In this document: in pieces, positions 29,908 to 38,713 of the stretch
Layout of the letters: each line of letters starts with the position of its first letter
Position numbering within the stretch: the first letter of the stretch is position 1
Assembly: GCA_036339465.1 (NCBI GenBank)
Contig: JAYZAY010000054.1
Coordinates: forward strand, 1 to 64,000
DNA from: Myxococcota bacterium
Lineage (GTDB): Bacteria; Myxococcota; XYA12-FULL-58-9; JABJBS01
Direction: 5' to 3'
Length of the DNA: 64,000 nucleotides
Translations under genes and position numbers: made by a program
Notes under the pieces: model-generated
Told to the model about the DNA's origin: nothing
The model's database searches: none
What the model saw: only the letters and a program-made list of their open reading frames with translations

Positions 29908-31395
29908 TTAGCCCAAACGCGCATCCACTCGAAGGTCTACATCCATACCTTCAAACTGAATATGAGGGAGAATGGAGAGGTTACAGTGATACCAACCCAC
30001 ACGGCCAGGAACTTCGTTGACTTCGAGGCTATAGGCCTTGAAGGGGTAATAACGAAGCGTTAGATCGTCGGGGTTGACCACAGTGGTGATATACTTCGAA
30101 ATCCAATGGTCAATTTGGTTGTAGATATAGGGCGCATCGGCGGTGCTACCTATATTGTCTCGCATAATGCACTTGAGATAGTGCGCAATGCGACTGATGG
30201 AAAATGTGTAGGAGAGATTTGACACCAGCTGGGAATTTTCAGAATCTTTTGGGTCCTTGAAGTTGTGAGACTTCTTAATGGATTGCACACTGAAGAAAAC
30301 CGCGTCTGACGAACCCTTCTTCTGGATGAGGGGAATCAAGCCACTGTTGGCCAGCTCAAGTTCTCGGTAGTCAGGCATGGTGACTTCACATGGAAGCTTG
30401 AGTTGGGTCTCTCCGCGAAATTCGAATTTATGGCTGGGTAGTCCAGCCACCAGGCCGCCGGCCTTTGGCCCACGAATATGCTGGCACCATCCTGACGTTT
30501 CGAAGGATTTTGCCAGATTACGGCCCATCAACAACGAAGCAGGTGCCCAAAGATAATCACTGTCCTCATTGCCAACCCTTTCTTCGAATGACACACCCTC
30601 GGCAGGATTTGTTTCATCGCTATAGGGACGTCGAGCCAGGTAGCGTGGCATTGTCAGACCGATATAGGCTGCTTGTTCGGTTTCCCGAAGCTGATTCCAT
30701 CCAGCGTATTTTGGTGTGTCGAGCATACCCTCGATGTCTCGCAAGTTATTCACTTCGGCCATGGTTTCGCATCCAAAAAATTTGGGTGAAACCGAGCCAA
30801 CGAAAGGGGCATGGGAAGCCGTGGCGACTTTACCCATGGCCTTGAGCCAGAGAAGATCCTTTGGCGTATTGTTGAAATCATAGAGACCGAGGACCGAACC
30901 CCAGGGTGCCCCACCATACTGGTCATATTCGGAAACATAGATTTTTTTGAAGAATTCGGAGCCAGCAATATCAGCGGCGTTCATTTCGAGATCTTCAAAA
31001 GCTTCTTCTTTGGACACGTCCAAAAGCCCGAGTGATATGTCTGCTTTAAAATTGACGTTATTACAGAGATCCTCAATGCCTCTCCACACCGACTCCACTT
31101 CTTGGAACGCTTCAGCGTGGTAAACTTCGTTGAGTTGATCTTCGATAAGCACATCGACTTGATTCACGAGATCTGCGATACGCTGCTTATCAAAGCGGAC
31201 GCCACCTTCGTCCATGTTGTATACAATGGTTGCAAGACTCGAGAGAAAGCGGTCTTCCTCGCTTACGTCCTCAGCCAAATCATTCATATGATTGGTAAGC
31301 ATGGGTATTGGGGATTCCACTTCGCTGCTGAGCTTCACACTCGATAAAAATGAAGGTAAGTCTAATGTGACTTCGGTATCTGTTTGATCTGCCAT
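29908..31395 (-). CDS. tssC: T6SS contractile sheath large subunit TssC (IglB-like)
   Basis: EYDQYGGAP, ASHAPF, YIGLTMPR, GWCQHIRGP, NLSYTFSISRIAHY, RYYPF, PHIQFEG. Confidence 0.95.
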   Translation of the reverse strand: MADQTDTEVTLDLPSFLSSVKLSSEVESPIPMLTNHMNDLAEDVSEEDRFLSSLATIVYNMDEGGVRFDKQRIADLVNQVDVLIEDQLNEVYHAEAFQEVESVWRGIEDLCNNVNFKADISLGLLDVSKEEAFEDLEMNAADIAGSEFFKKIYVSEYDQYGGAPWGSVLGLYDFNNTPKDLLWLKAMGKVATASHAPFVGSVSPKFFGCETMAEVNNLRDIEGMLDTPKYAGWNQLRETEQAAYIGLTMPRYLARRPYSDETNPAEGVSFEERVGNEDSDYLWAPASLLMGRNLAKSFETSGWCQHIRGPKAGGLVAGLPSHKFEFRGETQLKLPCEVTMPDYRELELANSGLIPLIQKKGSSDAVFFSVQSIKKSHNFKDPKDSENSQLVSNLSYTFSISRIAHYLKCIMRDNIGSTADAPYIYNQIDHWISKYITTVVNPDDLTLRYYPFKAYSLEVNEVPGRVGWYHCNLSILPHIQFEGMDVDLRVDARLG

Positions 31396-31438
31396 CTAAT
31401 TTCTCCAATTCGTTCGATTAAAATTGTTGCGTTTGTTT

Positions 31439-31984
31439 TTATTCTGCTGCGGGTTCTTCTGCTGTGGCTACAACTTTGGTTGGGACCTTAAAGCACGTGT
31501 GATCCTTAAGTGAACTCTGAAGAGCGGAAACCGCGTCAGGGCTATCGCTTAGAGCTTGCACCAAACGACGAAAATCTTTTCGGTTATCGAGGTTTGATTG
31601 TGCTTCCAGTAGTAGCTTCTTGAGCAACATCAATCCCTTCACTTTAGGAATGGCATTTCCCACCGCGAGTGGTTCAAAGGATTTCATGGATTCAATGGGG
31701 ATTTCGATATCGAGACCCTCAGAATTTTCGGCATCGATTCTATTGGGCACAGTCATTTTAATGGAAACGCCCATATCTTTGAGAACCGCATTTAAATTGG
31801 TGCCATCGAGCTGGCGAATGTTACGAGCATCTAAATCGTTTGCCCGGTCGGTGGATGTTCCCGCAGATAAATCACCCATCACCAGCATTCTGAAGGGCAA
31901 TGTAACCTCTTCTTTTTGACCTTCTACCTGAGTTTTGTAAGTAAGAGTTAGTCTGGATTTTGGAATTTCTTGATTGATTGCCAT
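31439..31984 (-). CDS. tssB: T6SS contractile sheath small subunit TssB (IglA-like)
   Basis: IPKSRLTLTY, LPFRMLVMGDLS, VPNRI, SMKSFEP. Confidence 0.93.
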   Translation of the reverse strand: MAINQEIPKSRLTLTYKTQVEGQKEEVTLPFRMLVMGDLSAGTSTDRANDLDARNIRQLDGTNLNAVLKDMGVSIKMTVPNRIDAENSEGLDIEIPIESMKSFEPLAVGNAIPKVKGLMLLKKLLLEAQSNLDNRKDFRRLVQALSDSPDAVSALQSSLKDHTCFKVPTKVVATAEEPAAE

Positions 31985-32223
31985 CGGTTCCCCCAAGGCG
32001 TTTAGGACTCTAAGTCATTTATCTAAAATATGTTTAGGCAGTGACATTCTTACCACTCACCCACGATCCGAACGGAGTTCATCCGAGCACACGCCCAGGC
32101 TTCGAGTCAAGAAATTTGTTCACCGGTTAGGAAGGCTTGAGGAGGGTATGGATAAGAAGGGGCGACTTGCTTACGCTCTCCAGCTTGAGTGACAGACACT
32201 CCATGGGGGGGCGGAGAGCATAC

Positions 32224-33114
32224 TCAACTTTTCTGAGCCGTGCTGCCGTTAAAGACAGTAATTTGGTGTTCAGAAACGCTAGAAGTTCTGATCTTTTCAA
32301 AACCGAGAAAGCCAGCGTTTCCGAGAGTCGCGGAACTGGCATGCTCTTCGACCACCAATACGACTTTCAGCCACAGTGGTGTTGCTTTTAATTTAGGAAG
32401 AAGTCGAGTGGACATGCGTTGTGTTACCAAGAGTGGCCAAGCAGATCCAGTCATCTGTTTTTCGTCCCGGGAATAGAGGATTATCAAAAAGCCACAGATG
32501 GTGGCATTGAAATGCTTACCCAAAGTGGAAGATCCATCCATGACGGAGTGCCCTGTTTGAGCGCCCGAATGGGGCAGCGCGTTTTTGAAACGTTGGCGCT
32601 CAACGACGACTTTGAGTTCGGGGAAATAGAGCGAGAAGAGCCAGCTAAGCCCACTGACGGAATCAAGACCGACCATTTTTGCGTACGCGATTTTGTGAGC
32701 ATCCCAGGATTCATAGAGATGTTGATCGAGTTCCACATAGAGTAGACTGATAAAGGATCGAAGGAGTTGATTGTCAAAGAAACGAAGGAAATTGAAGAAT
32801 GGATCTGGATTTTCCAGGCCTTCAGCAATCTGCATAAAGTAGGAAGGTAAGAGTCCCCGTTGATCGTGGAGCCCTAAATTTAGCCTCACCACCACATGCT
32901 TCGGTGGCCCGTCTTTGAAAATCACTTCGTGGACCAAGGCGTTAATCGACCCGCTATCCATATTGCTTTCGAATAAAATATCGTTCAATTCATAGCCGGC
33001 CCGAGCTAAGACGCGAATCAACGAAATCAAATCAAAATCTCGGGCCCGTCGAGTAATCCTATCCTGATTCGTGGCTCGTTTGTTGGGGCCTAAGGGGGCT
33101 GTCATGGACGCCAT
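32224..33114 (-). CDS. tssG: T6SS baseplate subunit TssG (IglJ-like)
   Basis: FDLISLIRVL, ILFESN, NLGL....LLPSY, FLRFFDNQL, YFPEL. Confidence 0.8.
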   Translation of the reverse strand: MASMTAPLGPNKRATNQDRITRRARDFDLISLIRVLARAGYELNDILFESNMDSGSINALVHEVIFKDGPPKHVVVRLNLGLHDQRGLLPSYFMQIAEGLENPDPFFNFLRFFDNQLLRSFISLLYVELDQHLYESWDAHKIAYAKMVGLDSVSGLSWLFSLYFPELKVVVERQRFKNALPHSGAQTGHSVMDGSSTLGKHFNATICGFLIILYSRDEKQMTGSAWPLLVTQRMSTRLLPKLKATPLWLKVVLVVEEHASSATLGNAGFLGFEKIRTSSVSEHQITVFNGSTAQKS

Positions 33115-33160
33115 GAGATTTCAACTCTCCTTAATTTATTCCCAAATGACGGGATGGGGC

Positions 33161-34165
33161 CTACTGTGAAATAAAGGATTCCAGATCCACTTCGTAAAAT
33201 TGTCTTAAGGTTTCCCATTTTATCCCGTCTCGCTCTTGCCAATGTCCGGAGATGGTTTGAATATTTTTATTGAGGTCCCCATAGAAATTGGCGAAGAGGG
33301 CGGGAAAATATTTCCTGGGGTCAAAGTTTTGGATCAAACCGGAGACATCATCTCCGACCAAGGCAGCTCGGTCTAATTTTTTTGCTTCCACCAAGGATTG
33401 AAAGGCTTTGAGCTTTCGAATCAAAGCCAATAGTTCGGCTGATGGTCCCTGCGTGCCAAAAAGGATATCCAATATTTCGGATGCATCGGAGAGTTTAGCC
33501 TGTGGACGTATGGTGTCTGGGGTTGAGGTCGGGGAAAAATCCCCTTGTGATTCGGTCGATGGTGGTTTGTTTTCCTCTGACACGGACACCTCAGCATTTT
33601 CTTTCGGATTCTCTAAGTGGTGACCTAGATTTCCGAGTTCCCGAGTTAAACTGCTAAATAGGGTTTTTAGGTCAGCGGAATTGAGCTTGTCAAAGAGCCA
33701 TCCTTCCAGCTCGCACACTTGCTCCAAAACCATCTGAAGTTTTTTCTCAGAAAGTCCCAAGACCCATTCCTGCAACTGTTCATCCTTCTTTAAACGATGG
33801 TATTCGATATTGCGAATGAGTTTTTCTAGCAGTGTTGCAACTGATTTAACGACATGTCTGTTCTTTTGTTCAGTTGGGCCAAAACCATCCCATGAGGATT
33901 GGAGAAAGAGTCGGAATGCTTCGCAGTGTTGGCCAAAAACAACCACACTTTCTTGGAGGAATACGTGATATAAGTCGAAGCATAACAGCCTTATATCGAG
34001 AATGTTTTTATCGACCAACGCTTGAATTTCTTCAGAGGCTTCGAGATAGCGTTCTGTCTCGTAGAGATCGCAAATCGATTGAAAGCGTGGGTCAAGGGAA
34101 TCTAGTCCGCTGACCATTTCAGCAGAAGGCGGCGGGTTACGGAGAAATTTAAGAGCTAACGTCAT
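33161..34165 (-). CDS. iglI: T6SS IglI-family protein
   Basis: ILDIRLL, disordered linker, KLKAF..LV, AALV..D, NFDPRKYFP; precedes tssG as iglI precedes iglJ. Start may instead be 34228. Confidence 0.7.
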   Translation of the reverse strand: MTLALKFLRNPPPSAEMVSGLDSLDPRFQSICDLYETERYLEASEEIQALVDKNILDIRLLCFDLYHVFLQESVVVFGQHCEAFRLFLQSSWDGFGPTEQKNRHVVKSVATLLEKLIRNIEYHRLKKDEQLQEWVLGLSEKKLQMVLEQVCELEGWLFDKLNSADLKTLFSSLTRELGNLGHHLENPKENAEVSVSEENKPPSTESQGDFSPTSTPDTIRPQAKLSDASEILDILFGTQGPSAELLALIRKLKAFQSLVEAKKLDRAALVGDDVSGLIQNFDPRKYFPALFANFYGDLNKNIQTISGHWQERDGIKWETLRQFYEVDLESFISQ

Positions 34166-34410
34166 TGGCCATATTTCTAACCTTAGTTTTAGAGGCTGTC
34201 CAACTTTAACGGTCTCCTTAATCTCCATTTTGCCTGAGATTTGGGACTTCTACTGGCCAACACCACCGTATACCCCTGCGTCCTCCTACAATACTCTGTT
34301 TTTTTGATAAGCGAATTCTTTTATTTTTTATAGACTTAGGGATAGATAGCCAAGGATATGAGCCACTGAATTTTAACCCCCAAGAAAGCGGCGGGGCGAG
34401 GGGACGTTCC

Positions 34411-34794
34411 ATGTTTTTACATAAACATTTTATCGCGAGAGATGAGAAACCCGGCAATGTCATTGAGGATATTTTGCGGAATCTTAAATGGATATTCCAG
34501 AGCAAGCGGGGTTGTGGGTATTTCATGGAAGAATTTGGTCTCAGTGATACGGGATTTCGAACCCCGGTGGAGATGGTCGAAATTCTCAGCGACGAGCTCA
34601 AAGAGAACATCAAATTATTTGAGCCGAGAATAGAATTGCTTGAAATTATCGATGACTATTGCCCTGAGACCGGCCGGGTTTGTTTGGAGCTCATCTGTCG
34701 ATTTACACAGGAGAAGGACGTCCTTACCTTGAGACTCGATCCCAGAACCAGACAGATAGAAGTGGTTCCCCTCGAAGAACTTGAGAATCGTTAA
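34411..34794 (+). CDS. tssE: gp25/TssE-like baseplate protein
   Basis: ILRNLKWIF, FGLSD, IKLFEPRI. Confidence 0.8.
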   Translation: MFLHKHFIARDEKPGNVIEDILRNLKWIFQSKRGCGYFMEEFGLSDTGFRTPVEMVEILSDELKENIKLFEPRIELLEIIDDYCPETGRVCLELICRFTQEKDVLTLRLDPRTRQIEVVPLEELENR

Positions 34795-34850
34795 CCATTG
34801 AAATATCGAGTTTCTTTGTCGTGCTTTCTTTAAGAGGATGAAAATATACC

Positions 34851-36470
34851 ATGTTTATCAATCGACTTATTGTAGACCTAACGCTCAAAATCGACGGCAA
34901 ATCCTACAAGATAGAATCAGGTAATATTAAAAATCTAGATCTCAAGCTGAGTGCCTATGGTTATGAAGCGACCTTGGATTGGTGGAAAATATGCTTAAAC
35001 AAATCGAGTGAAGATACCATTAAGGCCGCTTTTATGAAAAATTCTCTGATCGAAGTCACCATGTCTATCGATCGTTTTTTCGATAAAGGTGGTGAAGCGG
35101 CAGCTCCGATTAAACTGAAAGGAATTGTCACAACCAAGCGCTTCCATGCCAGAGCGTTCGAAGATGTTAGTGGGGAACCTGTTTTACACCGTCATTATTT
35201 TATCTCATTCAAAGACCCGGCCAGTGTCTTGTGGGGCCAGCACTTTCCATGTGATCTGTACACCAAGAAATCGGTTAAAGATCTGATTGAAGATCATAAA
35301 ACCTCGAATTTCTTACTCAGTTATGCTTGCACACCCATGACGACCAAGCACCCATTTCTTTTTCTTGGGCTGGGGCAAAAGGAGAGTTCCGCGAGTTTTT
35401 ATGATTTTGTGATATGGTATTTGAAAAGCGAAAATGCAGGCATGTATTATAATGGGACAAAAAACACTTACACACTCACAACAAAAAAAGATACGAGTGC
35501 GAAAATAAAAGATTTTCCGGTAGCAGATGCTGATATTGTGAATATAGAATTCACCGAAACGCCACGTTACAGCGTCAATGTTTTGAACAGCTATGCGACT
35601 AAATCGACCACGGAAAAAGTTGCAAACAAAGATGAAGTGAAGGGGATTCGGAAGGATATTCTTATTGCATCCCCAATTGCCAGCACTTCAAAATCAATCA
35701 AGACAAATCAAACGAGTAAACTCGTCGATGAACAACCCTTTCTCACCATTGAATACGCTCGATATCCCACCGTCGATGCATTGCCTGGCACGATCTATCT
35801 TTTTAACAAGAGCGACTGGAGCAAAGAGCTATATCAATCCAACAAGAAATTCCGACTTCGAGAACTTCGACTTTTGGCTGAAGCTGAATCTCAATTGGGC
35901 ACCGATGATGCTGACGAGGATTCAAATTCGTACAAAATTCAACTGACTTCGGTTCTAGAAGAAAAAGAAGAAGTGCATCACCCGTTACCAGAATTTGTCA
36001 CACCCTATTGGCCTGCCAAAGTTGAAGGGAAAATTGTCAGCGAAATAGGCAAGGAGACCGAAGAGACTTACCAGCTTTACGAAGATGACTCTAAATCCCT
36101 GGAGCAGTATCACGTAGAGATCCCTCTTTGGAAGAAACAAAAAATAATGGTAAATCATGACCCAAATTTATTTCCTGGGCATTTTTATTTCCCTCTTTAT
36201 AAGGACCACCGAGTGCTGGTTGATATGTCGTTCAAAGAAGCATGGATTAAGCGGCACCTTGAATGGCGTGCAGGCGCCAAACTACCAAATGATAAACAGG
36301 CTAACCACATTCTCTTTGGCAAAAACCCCAAAGACAGCACTTCCATGGTGCATGCTTATAAAGAGAAGAAACCTGTTTTTAGCATTACGCGTCTTTTGGA
36401 TAAAGACACCCAACTCATTCAAGTTTCCGAGGGGGAAATTCTTATTGAAACCAAAGAAAATGAAAAGTAA
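34851..36470 (+). CDS. VgrG hub/head protein without needle (PdpA-like)
   Basis: ESSASFYDFVIW, VEGKIV, OB-fold-like FYFPLYKDHRVLV, NHILFGK; ends where a beta-helix would begin; follows tssE. Confidence 0.7.
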   Translation: MFINRLIVDLTLKIDGKSYKIESGNIKNLDLKLSAYGYEATLDWWKICLNKSSEDTIKAAFMKNSLIEVTMSIDRFFDKGGEAAAPIKLKGIVTTKRFHARAFEDVSGEPVLHRHYFISFKDPASVLWGQHFPCDLYTKKSVKDLIEDHKTSNFLLSYACTPMTTKHPFLFLGLGQKESSASFYDFVIWYLKSENAGMYYNGTKNTYTLTTKKDTSAKIKDFPVADADIVNIEFTETPRYSVNVLNSYATKSTTEKVANKDEVKGIRKDILIASPIASTSKSIKTNQTSKLVDEQPFLTIEYARYPTVDALPGTIYLFNKSDWSKELYQSNKKFRLRELRLLAEAESQLGTDDADEDSNSYKIQLTSVLEEKEEVHHPLPEFVTPYWPAKVEGKIVSEIGKETEETYQLYEDDSKSLEQYHVEIPLWKKQKIMVNHDPNLFPGHFYFPLYKDHRVLVDMSFKEAWIKRHLEWRAGAKLPNDKQANHILFGKNPKDSTSMVHAYKEKKPVFSITRLLDKDTQLIQVSEGEILIETKENEK

Positions 36471-36478
36471 CCTCTAAA

Positions 36479-38236
36479 TTAGGTTCCTAATTCCTCGGCA
36501 TCGCTTTCAACAACTTTTTCCATCAGCATCCTCAATTCGGACAATACAGGAAATACGGTTGATTGCTGTTTGATTTGGAGATACCCGCTTCGGTATTGTT
36601 CTTCACACCAAGAGAGGTCGATTTTCCCATCTTGTTTTTCAGGGTAAAGAGAATAGAGCTCAATTTGGCCGGGAATAAATTCTGAGCCGAGCTCCATGCT
36701 TAGGACTTGATAGATTTCGCTTCTGAACGAGTTTTTATTTTCATTGCTTAATGCACCAAAGATGCCCGCATCGAGAAATATTAGTAAATTGATAGATCCC
36801 TGTTGATATCCCTTAGCATTTTGAGCATTCAAAACCACGCAGTCGTAAACTGCTTCAAATCGACAAACCAGATTTTGAACCTCAGTTTTAGGATACGTTC
36901 GTGCACCACGTACACCGAACATGGTGCCCACAAAATAGTTTTCTCGATGGTTTGGACGATTGAGGATGCTCAACCCGTAATGGTGTTCGTTAAAATCGAG
37001 GGCGGGGGTGCCAAAAAATCCACTGCTATCCATTTGTGATTCGGCTCCACCGCCGAAATCCATGAGACTCCAGGGATTTCCCGGAGAAGGAAATATTCGC
37101 AAATGTGATACTGATTTTAACTTTTGTCCAAATAGGATGATACCTCCATAAGCGGAATTCGCCAGGATATTCATCGCCCATCGCATCTCATTGTTGAAAA
37201 ACTTAGAGAAACGCTCCCATGACTCCCAATCCATGGGCATGGCCACGTCCTTAAACCAGAGCCGTATGGGCGCTGATTCAGTAGGAGGGCGACTCAATAG
37301 CCAATCGCGGGTCCTATGGTTAAGCCCAACAACCGTTACTTCGAAACCATCTGAACATTCTGCGTTTTCAATCAAGTGGTCGGGGTCTGTCAAAACAAAA
37401 GTTGCTCCCGAGAATAAAGACACTAAGAAGAGCCACGGTTGATATTGCAGGTCATGAAAACCAGGGGCACTCAATTTATCCCCCTCTTGAAGGCCAAAGA
37501 GAAGAAAAGCATCGCTTAAGAGTCGATGATAAAGATCACTTGCTTTTAATTCTACCGGCTCTGTGGAATTGGTACTAAGTGGCGAAAAGAGGCGCATGAC
37601 CACCTGTTCTGCCTCGTAACCATGAACTTCGTGGTGAATAGAACCAAATTCAATTTTAGGAAGAACGCCTGAGGGGAGTTGTTTGTCTGCAAAATCTCCG
37701 AGAAATACTTCATACTTATTCTCAGTCACCACAAAAGCCGGTTCCAATGTGCGCAAACGGTTCTTTACAAAAGTTCGGCCCTGGGGTGGAATAAACGAAA
37801 AGATGCCGCCTAATTTCAGCGTTGTGAGCATGGCGATCAGAAAATTCAGGCCAGGATGAAGAACCACGCAAACCACACTCCCTACTTCAAAACCTTTGTC
37901 CAGCCATTCACTGGCAACTTGTGATGCTTGTGTGGTCAAATAATCAAACGAATATTCCTGCCATCCGTTGATGGCATCATAGAGCCGAAGAGCGGGAAGT
38001 CCCTTTCCTTGATGTGGGTGTAGTAAATCCCAAGAAAACACATAATGTTCAAATATTGAAGATTTTCGGGCGCCATGGATGCTTTGAAACTCTTCAAATA
38101 ATGAGGACCAAAACGACTCCGGTTCTGCATAACTTCGGTGTAGCCAATTTTGGGGTTGAATTGTGGGTACCTCAACCCGATCAGTACGCAAGCTCGACCT
38201 TATCTTACTAAAGTCAAATTGATACTCTATTGTCAT
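36479..38236 (-). CDS. Degenerate AMP-binding (ANL-fold) protein in the tssM-tssJ operon
   Basis: ANL-like N-terminus (ASEWLDKGFEVGSVVCVVL..FLIAML..LKLGG) and C-terminus (EV....FEAVYDCVV, DGKID); lacks the SG.TG.PKG and TGD motifs. Confidence 0.65.
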   Translation of the reverse strand: MTIEYQFDFSKIRSSLRTDRVEVPTIQPQNWLHRSYAEPESFWSSLFEEFQSIHGARKSSIFEHYVFSWDLLHPHQGKGLPALRLYDAINGWQEYSFDYLTTQASQVASEWLDKGFEVGSVVCVVLHPGLNFLIAMLTTLKLGGIFSFIPPQGRTFVKNRLRTLEPAFVVTENKYEVFLGDFADKQLPSGVLPKIEFGSIHHEVHGYEAEQVVMRLFSPLSTNSTEPVELKASDLYHRLLSDAFLLFGLQEGDKLSAPGFHDLQYQPWLFLVSLFSGATFVLTDPDHLIENAECSDGFEVTVVGLNHRTRDWLLSRPPTESAPIRLWFKDVAMPMDWESWERFSKFFNNEMRWAMNILANSAYGGIILFGQKLKSVSHLRIFPSPGNPWSLMDFGGGAESQMDSSGFFGTPALDFNEHHYGLSILNRPNHRENYFVGTMFGVRGARTYPKTEVQNLVCRFEAVYDCVVLNAQNAKGYQQGSINLLIFLDAGIFGALSNENKNSFRSEIYQVLSMELGSEFIPGQIELYSLYPEKQDGKIDLSWCEEQYRSGYLQIKQQSTVFPVLSELRMLMEKVVESDAEELGT

Positions 38237-38260
38237 GGAAGTAAAACCACCATGGATCGT

Positions 38261-38713
38261 TCATCGCCCCTGGACCGCAATTTTTTGGATTTCGTGGGCA
38301 CCCAATGAAATCTTTGCTTCAGAGGGCAGGGGATTTCTAAACATATAATACCAATTAGGTCCGGGATCTGTGAATAAGAAATAAACGGCGATATTGTCTT
38401 CATCGGGCGTACGGATTTCAAGATGAGAGATTTGGCCAGGGAGAAGAACTTCTTTGGATAATACGGTGCTTTCTGCCGTTGAGCGGAAGACGTTGCTGGC
38501 GATACTCTTGTAATCACTCGAAGCCAAGGCATCGGAACCCGAGCTTCGAACTACGACGTAAAATGGCTCGCCGCCGTTGGTTGCTTGTGACGTTTTCACT
38601 TGGATTCGCATCATCGATGTACATCCCGACACACCTATCCAACCACAAAGAAGAGCTACAAGTGGCACCCATGCACTTCGGCGAAAGCTCAAGTATTGTT
38701 GATAGTATCTCAT
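38261..38713 (-). CDS. tssJ: T6SS outer-membrane lipoprotein, TssJ/IglE-like
   Basis: Lipobox VSGC, TNGGEPFYVVVR, IAVYFLFTDPG; overlaps the tssM stop (ATGA). Confidence 0.7.
   Translation of the reverse strand: MRYYQQYLSFRRSAWVPLVALLCGWIGVSGCTSMMRIQVKTSQATNGGEPFYVVVRSSGSDALASSDYKSIASNVFRSTAESTVLSKEVLLPGQISHLEIRTPDEDNIAVYFLFTDPGPNWYYMFRNPLPSEAKISLGAHEIQKIAVQGR

Noticed and set aside
34411..36470. Prophage tail or eCIS
   Set aside because: No capsid, terminase or integrase genes; TssM/L/J-like membrane genes indicate a cell-anchored T6SS
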